A stretch of 64,000 nt of DNA from Terracidiphilus sp. (GTDB lineage: Bacteria > Acidobacteriota > Terriglobia > Terriglobales > Acidobacteriaceae): the NCBI GenBank assembly GCA_035606555.1, contig DATNFD010000044.1, positions 756-64,755 on the forward strand, in the 5' to 3' direction. A program made the translations under genes and the position numbers. Every line of letters begins with the position of its first letter. Position 1 is the stretch's first letter. Positions 48,047-58,022 of the stretch are shown in pieces. The notes under the pieces were generated by a model. It searched no databases. It saw nothing but the letters and a program-made list of their open reading frames with translations, and was not told where the DNA came from.

Positions 48047-50143
48047 TCAGATGACGTGAAGTTGGCGGAGTAGGAAGGCGTAGTCGAAGGCGATCTCCTT
48101 GAGGTAGTCGTAGCGGCCGCTGGCGCCGCCGTGTCCGGCTTCCATATTGGTGACGAGGAGAAGCGGGTTCGAATCGGTCTTCAGGGTGCGGAGTTTGGCG
48201 ACGTATTTGGCGGGTTCCCAGTACATAACCTGACTGTCGTTGAGCGAGGTCTTGACGAGCATGGCTGGATAGGCCGCGGGTTTGAGGTTCTCGTAAGGCG
48301 AGTAGCTGAGCATGTAGCGGAAATATTCTTCGCGATTGGGATCGCCCCACTCTTCGTACTCGGGGACGGTGAGCGGGAGGGAGGCGTCGAGCATCGTGTT
48401 CATCACATCGACGAACGGCACGTGCGAGAGGACAACGCGGAAGAGGTCGGGGCGGAGATTGCTGACTGCGCCCATCAGGAGGCCACCTGCGGAGCCGCCT
48501 TCGATGGCTATGCGCTTGGGGTCACAGTAGCTGCTGGCTGTGAGGTGTTCGACGGCGGCGATGAAGTCTGTGAAGGTGTTGCGTTTGACGAGCATTTTTC
48601 CGGCATCGTGCCACGGCTTGCCGAGATCTCCGCCGCCGCGAATGTGCGCATAGGCCATGACAATGCCGCGATCCAGAAGGGCGAGACGGTTGGAGTTGAA
48701 GCCGAGCGGGAGTGAATAGCCATAGGAGCCGTAGCCGTATACGTAGAGTGGTGAACTCGCGTTTCTATCGAACTTGTCGCGCCGGTAGACGATAGAGATG
48801 GGAACCTGTGCGCCATCGGGTGCCGTGGCGTGGATGCGCTCGCTGGCATAGAGAGTGCGATCGAATCCGCCGGGAACTTCCTGCTGCTTGAGCAGCGTGG
48901 ATTCGCGAGATTCGAGGTCGTACTCGAAGACGGAGCCGGGCGTGACGAGTGACTGATATCCATAGCGGAAGAGCGTTGTTTCCCAGATGCGGTTGATGCC
49001 GGGCGAGGCGTTGTAGGCGGGCTCGGGGAAGGCGATTTCGCCCGCTGGATTGGCCTCGTCAGTTTCATCCTGGAATTGCCAGAGCCGCAGGCGGGGTAGC
49101 CCGTCTTCGCGTTCGCAGGCAACAAAGAAGTTGGCGAACAGGTCGACGTCTTCGAGCATGATGGCATCGCGGTGAGGCATGCGCTCGGTCCAGTTTCCGC
49201 GTGAGGGCGAATCGACGGGAGCGGTGACCAGTCGGAAGTTGCGGCCGCGATCGTTGGTGCGAATGAACCACTCACCATTGCGATGATCGACGTAGTATTC
49301 ATGTTCGTCTTCACGAGGAGCAATGACGGTGAAGTTGCCAGTGGGATTATCGGCGGCGAGGATGAGGCACTCGGTGGTGGTATGGCTTGCGGATTCGAGA
49401 ACGAGAAACTTGCCATCGCGCGTGCGGCCAACACCGATGTTGAACCGCTCGTCATCATCCTGGTAGACGAGTACGTCTTCGGTGTAGGGGGCGTGGAGCG
49501 TATGCCGATAAAGCTGAAACTGGCGCTTCTGCTCTTCGTCTTCGACCGTGTAAAAGAGGATCTTGTTATTGGAGGTCCAGGTGAGAGAGCCGACGCGTTC
49601 CTGCGGGCCGGGGTGCGAAGGGTCGGGAAGAGTTTCGCCGGTTTGAAGGTCCTTGATATGCAAGGCATACTGGCGGAAGCCGGTGACGTCGGTGGTGTAG
49701 GCGAGCCAGCGGCCATCGTCGGAGATGTCGGTGGCACCGATGGCGAAGAAGGCTTGACCCTCGGCGAGTTGATTGCCGTCGAGGATGATTTCTTCCGGAC
49801 CTTCAGGGGACGTGGTTGATCCGCGCTTTCTGCAGAAGATGGAATACTGCTTTCCCTCTTCGGTGCGAACGTAATACCACCAATCGCCTTCGCGGTATGG
49901 AGCGGACTCGTCGGTCTGCTTGATGTGGCTGAGCATCTCGTTGTAGAGTTCGTCGCGGAGTGGAGCGAGATCGGAGGTGAGGGCTTCAGCGTAGGTGTTT
50001 TCGGCGGTGAGATATTCAGTGACCTCGGGCGAGTCCTTGTCTCGGAGCCAGGCGTAGTCGTCGGTGAGTGTGACGCCGTGGATGGTGGTCTGACGGTGAT
50101 CTTTGCGAGCGATGGGAGCGTTGGGGAGAGGGCGGTCTGTCAT
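48047..50143 (-). CDS. ptrB: Oligopeptidase B / protease II (S9A)
   Basis: DDYAWLRD, YGYGSYG, HIRGGG, GGSAGGLL nucleophile, PEYEEWG, NDSQV and AGHGGASGR. Confidence 0.93.
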   Translation of the reverse strand: MTDRPLPNAPIARKDHRQTTIHGVTLTDDYAWLRDKDSPEVTEYLTAENTYAEALTSDLAPLRDELYNEMLSHIKQTDESAPYREGDWWYYVRTEEGKQYSIFCRKRGSTTSPEGPEEIILDGNQLAEGQAFFAIGATDISDDGRWLAYTTDVTGFRQYALHIKDLQTGETLPDPSHPGPQERVGSLTWTSNNKILFYTVEDEEQKRQFQLYRHTLHAPYTEDVLVYQDDDERFNIGVGRTRDGKFLVLESASHTTTECLILAADNPTGNFTVIAPREDEHEYYVDHRNGEWFIRTNDRGRNFRLVTAPVDSPSRGNWTERMPHRDAIMLEDVDLFANFFVACEREDGLPRLRLWQFQDETDEANPAGEIAFPEPAYNASPGINRIWETTLFRYGYQSLVTPGSVFEYDLESRESTLLKQQEVPGGFDRTLYASERIHATAPDGAQVPISIVYRRDKFDRNASSPLYVYGYGSYGYSLPLGFNSNRLALLDRGIVMAYAHIRGGGDLGKPWHDAGKMLVKRNTFTDFIAAVEHLTASSYCDPKRIAIEGGSAGGLLMGAVSNLRPDLFRVVLSHVPFVDVMNTMLDASLPLTVPEYEEWGDPNREEYFRYMLSYSPYENLKPAAYPAMLVKTSLNDSQVMYWEPAKYVAKLRTLKTDSNPLLLVTNMEAGHGGASGRYDYLKEIAFDYAFLLRQLHVI

Positions 50144-50296
50144 GGCTTTTTCAGTGTAGAAGACGGGGAGGCACGGGCAGGGAGAGAGAAGGGGGGATTA
50201 AGAATTAGGAAAAAGGAACTAGGGATTGCGGGAGAGGCTGGTTGGAGAGATTGAGTGACTTGTACATGTATAAAGCAGATAGATGAGGTGTGTGCA

Positions 50297-51013
50297 ATGA
50301 ACGTGAGCTTCGAAGGCAAGATTGTGCTGGTGGCGGGAGGAACGGGTGGGCTGGGACGCGCGGTGAGCCTTGCCTTTCTGGGCGAAGGCGCAGAGGTCGC
50401 GGTGACGTATCGCTCGGGTGCTGAGTTTGGGAGCTTGCGGCAGGCAGCGGGTGAGCATGATGCTTCCTTGGCAGGTCATGTGGTGGATGTGACTGATGAG
50501 GCGGCAGTGAGAGGGTTGGTGGATGCGATCGTGGAGCGACACGGACGTCTGGATGTCGTGGTGAATACGGTGGGAGGCTATGCAGGCGGCATCAAGCTAT
50601 GGGAACTGGAGACGAAGACGTTCGAGAAGATGCTTGCGTTGAACCTACGTTCTGGATATGCGCTGGGGCGGGCGGCAGCTGCGGTAATGCTGAAACAAAA
50701 GTCGGGTGCGCTCGTGAATGTGGCGGCCAAAGCGGCTGTGGATCATGGTGGAGGAGCGTCAGCTTATGCTGCGTCGAAAGCTGCTGCGGTTGCCATGATG
50801 GATTCATTGGCGGAAGACTTGAAGGGAACGGGGGTGCGTGTCAATTCGATTCTGCCGAGCATTATCGATACGGATGCTAACCGGAAAGCAATGCCGGATG
50901 CGGATTTTGCGAAGTGGCCGAAGCCCGAGGACATTGCCAAGGTGGTGCTATTCCTGGCCAGCGAAGAAGCAAGAGTGGTGCATGGGGCATCAGTGCCGGT
51001 GTATGGGAGCTGA
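50297..51013 (+). CDS. SDR-family oxidoreductase
   Basis: GGTGGLG, YAASK and VRVNSILPSIIDT; GAGGTG RBS before ATG 50297. Confidence 0.92.
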   Translation: MNVSFEGKIVLVAGGTGGLGRAVSLAFLGEGAEVAVTYRSGAEFGSLRQAAGEHDASLAGHVVDVTDEAAVRGLVDAIVERHGRLDVVVNTVGGYAGGIKLWELETKTFEKMLALNLRSGYALGRAAAAVMLKQKSGALVNVAAKAAVDHGGGASAYAASKAAAVAMMDSLAEDLKGTGVRVNSILPSIIDTDANRKAMPDADFAKWPKPEDIAKVVLFLASEEARVVHGASVPVYGS

Positions 51014-51065
51014 GCGGATGGAGACTCGAACTGATGGCATAAATCTCCGGGTCGAGTAGAAATAT

Positions 51066-51128
51066 CCCTCAGGGGCTGGAGCCCTTGATCTTTTGGCTCA
51101 CTTTCGGCACGACGTAAGTCATGCTCTT
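51066..51128. repeat. Degenerate REP-like double-hairpin intergenic element
   Basis: CCCTCAGGGGCT-GG-AGCCC ... CGGCACGAC-GTAA-GTCATGCT between convergent genes. Resembles the GGGCTAAAGCCC / GGCACGACTAAAGTCGTGCC repeats I recall from Acidobacteriaceae. Confidence 0.55.
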
Positions 51129-51190
51129 TCCCAAGTTCTCGAGAATCGGGAGTAGTGGGTAAAGTGCTCGACCGTGACGCAGTTATCTTT

Positions 51191-51676
51191 TTAGTTTTCC
51201 TTGAGCCGTTCGATGAGCCGCATCGGGTGGACGGGTTTGGCGATGAGTTCGAATTGATAGCCCTGGCTTACGCCGCTCTGGAGAATTTCTGAAATGCCGG
51301 CCTGTCCCGAGAAGAGCAGAATTGAGCTGGCTGGATAGTTTTTGCGCAGGGCTATGGCGAGTTCGACGCCGTTCATACGAGGCATGAGCACGTCTGTGAT
51401 GATCCAGTGAGGCAAAAAGCGCGAGGCCTTGTCGAGTGCATCGAAACCGTCGTAGGCAGCAACCGCCTCGAAGCCGGCGTTGGAGAGGATTTCTGCGAGC
51501 GTATCGGCAATGAGGCGCTGATCGTCGACTACGAGGACCTTGGATCGTGCTGCCTGCTGTTTACCAGAATCGGATAGCTTCCAGGTAGAGTCGGTGGGAG
51601 ATTCTGCGGGCTCATCAGCAGCGTAGAAGCGACTGATTCCGGCAAACAGGTTGGGTACGGGATCAGAGACGTTCAT
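51191..51676 (-). CDS. Single-domain response regulator receiver
   Basis: VLVVDD, TDVLMPRMNG, LFSG and AKP. Probable ATG 51676 overlaps the kinase end. Confidence 0.88.
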   Translation of the reverse strand: MNVSDPVPNLFAGISRFYAADEPAESPTDSTWKLSDSGKQQAARSKVLVVDDQRLIADTLAEILSNAGFEAVAAYDGFDALDKASRFLPHWIITDVLMPRMNGVELAIALRKNYPASSILLFSGQAGISEILQSGVSQGYQFELIAKPVHPMRLIERLKEN

Positions 51677-53210
51677 TGAGGTCGCCCTGAGAAAAAGATG
51701 GCGGATAAGCAAGTGGAAGAAAGATTGTCACGGTCGTGCCAGAATCCAGAGGAGTTGTGCCGCTGGCGATCGTGATCTGTCCGCCGCGGCGCGTGACGAG
51801 CTGCTTGGCGACCCAGAGCCCGATGCCGGTGCCGAGGATTCCTTTGGTGGTGAAGAAGGGCTCAAATACACGAGGCAGATTGCACTGCTCGATGCCGATA
51901 CCGGTGTCGCGAACGACTATTTCTATGCCGTCCTCGGGCTCTGCCAGCACGTTGCGCGTAGTGACGGTAAGTGTTCCGCCCTGCTTCATGGAATCGATAG
52001 CGTTGGCGACGACGTTTGAGAATACCTGGAGCATCTCGCCTCTGCTAACACTGATCTTCTGCAGGTCGTTGAAGCGGGAGTCGACCGCGATGTCAGCGGA
52101 GAGCATTTTGGAGTTGTAGACGGAGAGCACGTTCTGAACGAGCTCGTGGATGTGAACGCTTGTGGGCGCGCCAGTGTCTTTGTAATAGCCGAGGGTCTGG
52201 CGAGCAATGTGGGATACGCGCTCAAGTTCTTGCTCTGCGGTGATGAGAAGTTGATAAACGCGGCTTTCAGGGCTGGAGTGCTGGCGGGCCAGGAAAATGA
52301 TGTTAATGAGTGACTCGAGGGGATTGTTGATCTCGTGAGCGATAGCGGCGGCCATGCGGCCGGTTGCAGCAAGCTTTTCAGACTGGATGAGCAGTTGCTC
52401 AACGCGCTTCTTGTCAGAAATGTCGCGAGCGATTTTTGATGCACCGATGACTTTCCCGGTCGCGTCTATTATGGGTGAGATGGTGACCGACACGTGGAAC
52501 TGTTCCCCGTTCTTCTTTTTGCGTGTGGTCTCGTAGTGGTCGATGCGTTCGGAGGCACGAAGCTTGCAGAGAATCTCGTCCTCTTCGTATTGGAGCTCTT
52601 CGGGGATGAGGCGAAGAATGGATTGTCCGATCATTTCTTCGGCGGTGTAGCCGAACATCTTCTCTGCCGCCTTGTTCCAACTGGTGACGATGCCATTCAG
52701 GGTTTTGCTGATAATGGCGTCGTCAGCGGAGTCAACTATGGCGGCGAGCCGCAACAGGCCTTCTTCGGTCCTGTGGCGTTCGGAGATATCGTGAGCAATC
52801 TTTGAGGCGGCGACGATCTGGCCGGATTCATCCCGGATGGGGGAGATGGTGACGGAGATGGGAAACCGCTCGCCGCTTTTGCGCATGCGCACGGTTTCGA
52901 AGCGCTGGATGCGTTCTCCGGTGCGGAGTTTGCGCAGTATCTCGAGTTCTTCGTGCTGGAGTTCCGGGGGAATGAGGGTCAGGATCGACTTTCCGATGAT
53001 CTCCTGGGGCAGATAGCCGAAGACGCGGGTAGCGGCGGGGTTCCAGCTAATGATGGTGCCGTCGAGCCTTTTGCTGATGATGGGATCGTCGGAGCAATCC
53101 ACCAGGGCGGCGAGATGATGCCGGGGATCTGGGGGCGCAGTGGGAGTCTCGCCGACCTCCAGAGGCTGCCTTCTTGGCGTGGTGGAGGATTCGTTGAGTT
53201 CAGGAGGCAT
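51663..53210 (-). CDS. Cytoplasmic PAS-PAS histidine kinase
   Basis: Two PAS/PAC repeats (DDPIISK...SWN; DDAIISK...SWN), AHEINNPL H-box, NVVANAIDSM, DTGIGI, FEPFFTTK and GTGIGL. Confidence 0.94.
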   Translation of the reverse strand: MPPELNESSTTPRRQPLEVGETPTAPPDPRHHLAALVDCSDDPIISKRLDGTIISWNPAATRVFGYLPQEIIGKSILTLIPPELQHEELEILRKLRTGERIQRFETVRMRKSGERFPISVTISPIRDESGQIVAASKIAHDISERHRTEEGLLRLAAIVDSADDAIISKTLNGIVTSWNKAAEKMFGYTAEEMIGQSILRLIPEELQYEEDEILCKLRASERIDHYETTRKKKNGEQFHVSVTISPIIDATGKVIGASKIARDISDKKRVEQLLIQSEKLAATGRMAAAIAHEINNPLESLINIIFLARQHSSPESRVYQLLITAEQELERVSHIARQTLGYYKDTGAPTSVHIHELVQNVLSVYNSKMLSADIAVDSRFNDLQKISVSRGEMLQVFSNVVANAIDSMKQGGTLTVTTRNVLAEPEDGIEIVVRDTGIGIEQCNLPRVFEPFFTTKGILGTGIGLWVAKQLVTRRGGQITIASGTTPLDSGTTVTIFLPLAYPPSFSQGDLNERL

Positions 53211-53527
53211 GTGGATAGCTCCTGAAGTTGGCGCTGCGCCGTGGAAATTGGGGGAGCGTTAGAAGCGGTCCCGGGGACAGGGTAGAACGAAGGATCACTC
53301 GAAGTTCCAGTCTGGGATTCAGGGCCACAAAACACCAAATTGTAGGTGCGGGAAGCCTAATGAAGTTGGATGCAGGTCGTCTAGAAGAGTTTGCAAGACC
53401 AAAGGTTTGAGCCGATCGAGAAATCGAGAGCTGATCCGGTTTGGTGAATACGAATTGCCTGGGAGCGCTTTGTAAGCGTTCGTGTTCTGGGAACTGCGAG
53501 GTGGGTAGATACGTACAATGGAGTGCG

Positions 53528-54355
53528 ATGAAAGGATTTCACCGCAGTGCAATGCTGATCTGCCGGTTCATACTGGCGGCGCTTGTTTTTCTTCCACTCC
53601 AGGGTCTGCTGGCCGAGCAGGTTAGTCAGCTTCCCAAGCCTACCGACTATGTAAATGATTTTGCACACGTACTTTCTGCCGACACAGTGGCGAAGCTGGA
53701 CCGCATTTGCGGAGAGTTGGATCACTCGCAAGCAAATGCGCAGGTTGCGGTGGTCACCGTACGGAATCTGGACGGTGAGGATGCGGCGGGCTGGGCCAAC
53801 GAACTGGAAGACAAGTGGCACATGGGCAAAAAGGGGTCGGACCGTGGGCTGCTGGTGTTGCTCGCCGTGGACGATCACAAATACCGGATTGACGTTGGCT
53901 ACGGGCTCGAAGGGATCCTGAACGATGCGAGGGTTGGCGATGTTGGACGGTCGATGGTTCCGCATCTCCGCGCAAAGGATTACGATGGGGCGATTCTCGG
54001 TGCGGTAGGGCAATTGGCCAAGGTAATTGCGGATGACGCGCACGTGACTCTGACCGATCATCTACCTAATCCGCCTCCCGTGCGGCAAGGGCAGCAGCAT
54101 GGATCACCCGCTGGGGCGATCATCCTGTTCATTATTCTTTTCATGATGTTTGGTGGATTCGGACTTTTCCGCATCTTGTTCTGGCTGGGCCTGTTCCGAA
54201 GCGCATTGGGCGGGCGGCGATACACCGGGGGGCCGGGCCCATTTATTGGGGGAGGCGGCTGGGGTGGCGGAGGAGGCGGCGACTCAGGCGGAGGCGGTTT
54301 TGGCGGGTTTGGAGGCGGCGACTTCGGCGGTGGTGGGGCCGGCGGAAGCTGGTGA
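53528..54355 (+). CDS. TPM-domain (YgcG-like) protein
   Basis: Signal peptide, YVNDFAHVL, RIDVGYGLEG, one TM helix and a Gly-rich tail GGGDFGGGGAGGSW. Confidence 0.92.
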   Translation: MKGFHRSAMLICRFILAALVFLPLQGLLAEQVSQLPKPTDYVNDFAHVLSADTVAKLDRICGELDHSQANAQVAVVTVRNLDGEDAAGWANELEDKWHMGKKGSDRGLLVLLAVDDHKYRIDVGYGLEGILNDARVGDVGRSMVPHLRAKDYDGAILGAVGQLAKVIADDAHVTLTDHLPNPPPVRQGQQHGSPAGAIILFIILFMMFGGFGLFRILFWLGLFRSALGGRRYTGGPGPFIGGGGWGGGGGGDSGGGGFGGFGGGDFGGGGAGGSW

Positions 54356-54368
54356 AAATGGCAGACAA

Positions 54369-54472
54369 GGGAACGAGGCAGTCGGGAACAGGGATTGGGG
54401 AGTAAAAGCGAGGAACTGGGACGTAGGGACGAGTAAATAACGAGGGACTCGGGACAAGAGACGTAGGGAATA
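54369..54472. repeat. Degenerate 7-bp periodic tract (GGGAnnn units)
   Basis: gggaaca-gggattg-gggagta...ggacgta-gggacga...gggactc-gggacaa...gggaata. Confidence 0.6.
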
Positions 54473-54509
54473 GGACCACTTATCTGGAACATCAAGGAGA
54501 GACGAGCTT

Positions 54510-55082
54510 ATGGGCAAATGGGTTGGGTTGGGAATAGTCGGCGTAATTATTGTGGCTTTGCTACTGGTGGGTGGGAGTTATGTGAGCGCAAAGAACCAGA
54601 TGGTGGCCAAGGATCAGACGGTGAAGTCGACCTGGTCTGAGGTGGATGTGCAACTGGAGCGGCGGGCTGACCTGATTCCCAACCTCGTGGAGACCGTGAA
54701 GGGTTTCACGAAGGAAGAGAACTCGGTATATGCCGACATCGCGAACGCGCGGGCAGGCATGCTGAATGCGCAGACACCGCAGTCGAAGATAGCGGCGAAC
54801 AATCAGTTGGATGGCGCTCTGGGACGGCTGCTGCTGCTGACGGAGAACTATCCCAATCTTCGTTCGAGCGAGCAGTTTATGCGGCTGCAGGATGAGCTGG
54901 CTGGAACAGAGAACCGAATCAGCGTGGCGCGGCGGCATTACAACCAGGCGATCCAGGACTACAACACGTTCATCCAGCAGTTCCCGAACAGCATCTGGGC
55001 GGGGATGGCCGGTTATCACACGAATGATGCGTATTTCAAGGCGAGTCCAGCGGCGCAGCAAGTGCCGAGCGTGAAATTCTGA
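54510..55082 (+). CDS. lemA: LemA-family protein
   Basis: N-terminal TM, ERRADLIPNLVETVKG, ENYPNL, LQDELAGTENRISVARRHYN and QFPN. Confidence 0.95.
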   Translation: MGKWVGLGIVGVIIVALLLVGGSYVSAKNQMVAKDQTVKSTWSEVDVQLERRADLIPNLVETVKGFTKEENSVYADIANARAGMLNAQTPQSKIAANNQLDGALGRLLLLTENYPNLRSSEQFMRLQDELAGTENRISVARRHYNQAIQDYNTFIQQFPNSIWAGMAGYHTNDAYFKASPAAQQVPSVKF

Positions 55083-55117
55083 GTCGGCCGTAAGCTCTCA
55101 ACCGTTGAGCTATCATG

Positions 55118-55143
55118 CCCAGGTCTCAGAATCGAGATCTGGG
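55118..55143. repeat. REP-like hairpin downstream of lemA
   Basis: CCCAGGTCTC-AGAATC-GAGATCTGGG inverted repeat. Confidence 0.5.
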
Positions 55144-55275
55144 GCTCCTTATTTCACAGGTGAGGGCCCAGTACCTTGGGTATGGAGCGAGTGCGATAAA
55201 TCACCGAAAGCACGGCGGAGTTCAGGCAAAGTGGGAGTGTCTCTCGAATGAGTTTCCGGGGGCTGGTGGTCCGCT

Positions 55276-55494
55276 GTGTTCCGGTTAGATTATTTGTCGT
55301 GTTGTCTTACGGTTCTCTCTACAGTTCTGGTTGGGCGGAAGCGATGGACCGGACTGGCTGTCGCGGGCGTCAATAGCGGCATTATCTGCGTGATCGGATT
55401 GCGAACGGGGCAACTGGGGTTTATTCCGGCGAACCTGTTTTGCATCGGGGTGTATGTGTTCAGTATCCGGTCATGGGCGAAGACGAGCTTGTAG
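55276..55494 (+). CDS. Small membrane protein (about 3 TM)
   Basis: Hydrophobic 72-aa ORF (QLGFIPANLFCIGVY). Confidence 0.6.
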   Translation: MFRLDYLSCCLTVLSTVLVGRKRWTGLAVAGVNSGIICVIGLRTGQLGFIPANLFCIGVYVFSIRSWAKTSL

Positions 55495-55635
55495 CCAGCA
55501 GCCAGTAGCGTCTCGGTGGAAGGCTGACGGGGTTGGCCTCGGCCTACAGGGCCCATTCGAGTTCCTGAAAGTCCAACTCTGCGGCACCTTCTCGCACCTC
55601 ATCGCCATCCAAGCGAGGAATGGCGGGAGTGTGCA

Positions 55636-56652
55636 ATGGCGGATTTAAACCGAAGAGACTTTGTGAAGACTGCCGGAACGGTAGCAGGTGCAGCGGCGGT
55701 GGGGCAGTTGATTGCCGCCGAGGCGCAAGGCGAAGCCACTAGTAGCGGAGGCATGATCTATCGGACCCTGGGGCGGACGGGAGAGCGCGTTTCGGCCATT
55801 GGGCTTGGCGGTTACCACATTGGCAAAGCATCGATTCAGGAGCAGGAAGCGATTCGCCTGATCCGCCAGGCAATCGACAGCGGCATCACCTTTCTGGACA
55901 ACTGCTGGGACTACAACGATGGCCAGAGTGAGTTGAGGATGGGAAAGGCGCTGCAAAATGGCTACAGGAACAAAACGCTGCTGATGACGAAGATCGATGG
56001 CCGGACGAAGGCAGCCGCGGCGCAGCAGATCAACGAGTCTCTGCAGAGATTGCAAACAGATCACGTAGACCTGATGCAGTTCCACGAAGTGATCCGGCTA
56101 GAGGATCCGGACCGCATCTTTGCCGAGGGAGGGGGGATGGAGGCGATGATGGCGGCGAAGAAGGCGGGAAAAGTTCGATTTGTGGGGTTTACAGGTCACA
56201 AGGATCCTTATGTGCACTTGCGTATGCTGGAGGTGGCGCGGAGACATAACTTCCATTTCGACGCGGTGCAGATGCCGCTGAATGTTATGGACGCACATTT
56301 CCGCAGCTTCGCGCAGCAGGTCGTGCCGGTACTGAATCGCGAGGGGATCGCGCCGCTGGGCATGAAATGTTTCGGTGATCACCACATACTAGACAGCAAT
56401 ACGGTGAAGCCGATCGAAGCGCTGCACTATTGCCTCAATCTACCGATTGCGGTGCAGATCACGGGCATTGACAGTCAACAAATCCTGGACCAGGCGCTGC
56501 AAGCCGCCCGGACGTTCAAGCCTATGAACGCGACCGAGGTGGCCAGTCTGCTGGACCGGACGAGTGCGGCGGCACAGGAAGGGAAGTTCGAGCTTTACAA
56601 GACCACTTCAAACTTTGACGGAACGGCACACAACCCGCAGACACTTGGGTGA
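55636..56652 (+). CDS. Aldo/keto reductase with twin-arginine leader
   Basis: LNRRDFVK, YRTLGRTG, GLGG, DNCWDY, MTK, SLQRLQTDHVDL and GKVRFVG. Confidence 0.9.
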   Translation: MADLNRRDFVKTAGTVAGAAAVGQLIAAEAQGEATSSGGMIYRTLGRTGERVSAIGLGGYHIGKASIQEQEAIRLIRQAIDSGITFLDNCWDYNDGQSELRMGKALQNGYRNKTLLMTKIDGRTKAAAAQQINESLQRLQTDHVDLMQFHEVIRLEDPDRIFAEGGGMEAMMAAKKAGKVRFVGFTGHKDPYVHLRMLEVARRHNFHFDAVQMPLNVMDAHFRSFAQQVVPVLNREGIAPLGMKCFGDHHILDSNTVKPIEALHYCLNLPIAVQITGIDSQQILDQALQAARTFKPMNATEVASLLDRTSAAAQEGKFELYKTTSNFDGTAHNPQTLG

Positions 56653-56696
56653 ACCCGCACAGGTTTGCGGTGGCTGTCTGAGAGGCGATTTGGGAC

Positions 56697-56738
56697 AAAA
56701 CAAAAGGGCCATCCGTTATTGGGATTGGCCCTTTGTTT
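56697..56738. terminator. Bidirectional intrinsic terminator
   Basis: AAAACAAAAGGGCCATCC-loop-GGATTGGCCCTTTGTTT between convergent genes. Confidence 0.75.
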
Positions 56739-56784
56739 CGAAATGGATGAAGCGACTCACCTGGGAGAGGTGCGCGGCCGGCTA

Positions 56785-57129
56785 CTACTTGTAGGAGGCG
56801 ATGGCGCTGGCTTCGTCGTCGTAAATGTCGAAAACGGTGTAGAGCTTGGTGAGTTGGAGGACGTCCTTGACCTTCTTGGTGAGGTTGAGGAGCTTGAGAC
56901 TGGCGCCCTGGTTTTTGGCGGTGGTGTAGGCGCCGACGAGTTCGCCAAGGCCGGAGCTGTCGATGTAGTTCACGTCGCCGAGGTTGAGCAGGATGCTCTT
57001 CGAGCCCTTGCTGATCAGGTCACGAATGGCCTCCCGCAGCTGCACACTCCCCTCGCCGAGGGTGATCCGCCCGCTAAGGTCCAGGACAGTGACTCCGTCC
57101 AATTCACGGGAAGCGATAGTAAGTGCCAC
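56785..57129 (-). CDS. STAS-domain anti-sigma-factor antagonist (RsbV/SpoIIAA-like)
   Basis: LDLSGRI, VNYIDSSGLG phosphoacceptor motif and LQLTKL; AGAGG RBS. Confidence 0.94.
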   Translation of the reverse strand: MALTIASRELDGVTVLDLSGRITLGEGSVQLREAIRDLISKGSKSILLNLGDVNYIDSSGLGELVGAYTTAKNQGASLKLLNLTKKVKDVLQLTKLYTVFDIYDDEASAIASYK

Positions 57130-57256
57130 GGAAATTTCCTCCTTTGTGAGTCATACAAGTTATAGCATCTTGCGCCGCTCTGCAAGCCTTCAAAGCTGAA
57201 GGAGTTCTGTGGATCGGTTCCTCGGCGATCCACGACTTACAGAGTTTGGAGATGCC

Positions 57257-57697
57257 TTAAGTCTGTTCTTGGGCCGGAGTGAGGTGTTTGATGAGGGTGA
57301 GTTCGGTGCCGGGTTGGAGTTGGCGGAAGTGGACCTCATCCATGAAGGAGCGGATGAGGAAGATGCCGCGGCCGGTGCCGCGGAGAAGGTTCTCGGGGGC
57401 AAGAGGATCGGGAAGGTGTTCCCAGTCAACGCCCTTTCCCTGATCCGCAATGGTGAAGATGAGGGATTTGCCGTTGTTCTCGAAGCTTGCTGTCACCTGT
57501 TTGGCGGGGTCATAGTCATTACCGTGAAGGACGGCATTAACGGCGGCTTCGCGGACAGCCATGGTGATGCGGAAGCGCTCATCTTCGTCAATACCCGCTT
57601 CCTCAGCCAACTTCTCTGCGGCAGCTTCAACTTCGCTCACGCTCTCCATCGTGGAGGGCAGCGAAAAGCTCAATTTTCCGGCCTTCGGATTGGTCAC
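57257..57697 (-). CDS. Anti-sigma factor Ser kinase (RsbW-like GHKL)
   Basis: AVREAAVNAVLHGN, DQGKG and GRGIFLIRSFMDEV. Start reassigned to GTG 57697 (GGAG RBS). Confidence 0.92.
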   Translation of the reverse strand: MTNPKAGKLSFSLPSTMESVSEVEAAAEKLAEEAGIDEDERFRITMAVREAAVNAVLHGNDYDPAKQVTASFENNGKSLIFTIADQGKGVDWEHLPDPLAPENLLRGTGRGIFLIRSFMDEVHFRQLQPGTELTLIKHLTPAQEQT

Positions 57698-58022
57698 CGG
57701 CTTCGTCTCCGCCTCTACCGGGAATGGCAAAGCCCAACGCCTTACCGCGAGAGGAAGTATTACGTCTTTATGAGTTGTGGAAAAAGACGCTATAGCAGGC
57801 AGTTTCATTGCTGAAGCTGCTTGTGTCAAGGATTGGTTTGAGTTGGGCGCGGGTTCAGGAATCTTGGGTGCCTGAATTGTTGAATGGAGAAGAGTGTTAG
57901 AGGCAAGAATTTGCGCTGGGTCAATGTTGTCGACTTTTTTGGCAGATCATCTTGCAGGAGCAGAGTCAAATTGAGAATCAATTGACTTTTGTGTGGTGAA
58001 AACAAGCACGGAACGATCGTAT

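Noticed and set aside
54228-54352. GGC/GGT-rich repetitive DNA
   Set aside because: Encodes the normal Gly-rich tail of TPM-domain proteins.
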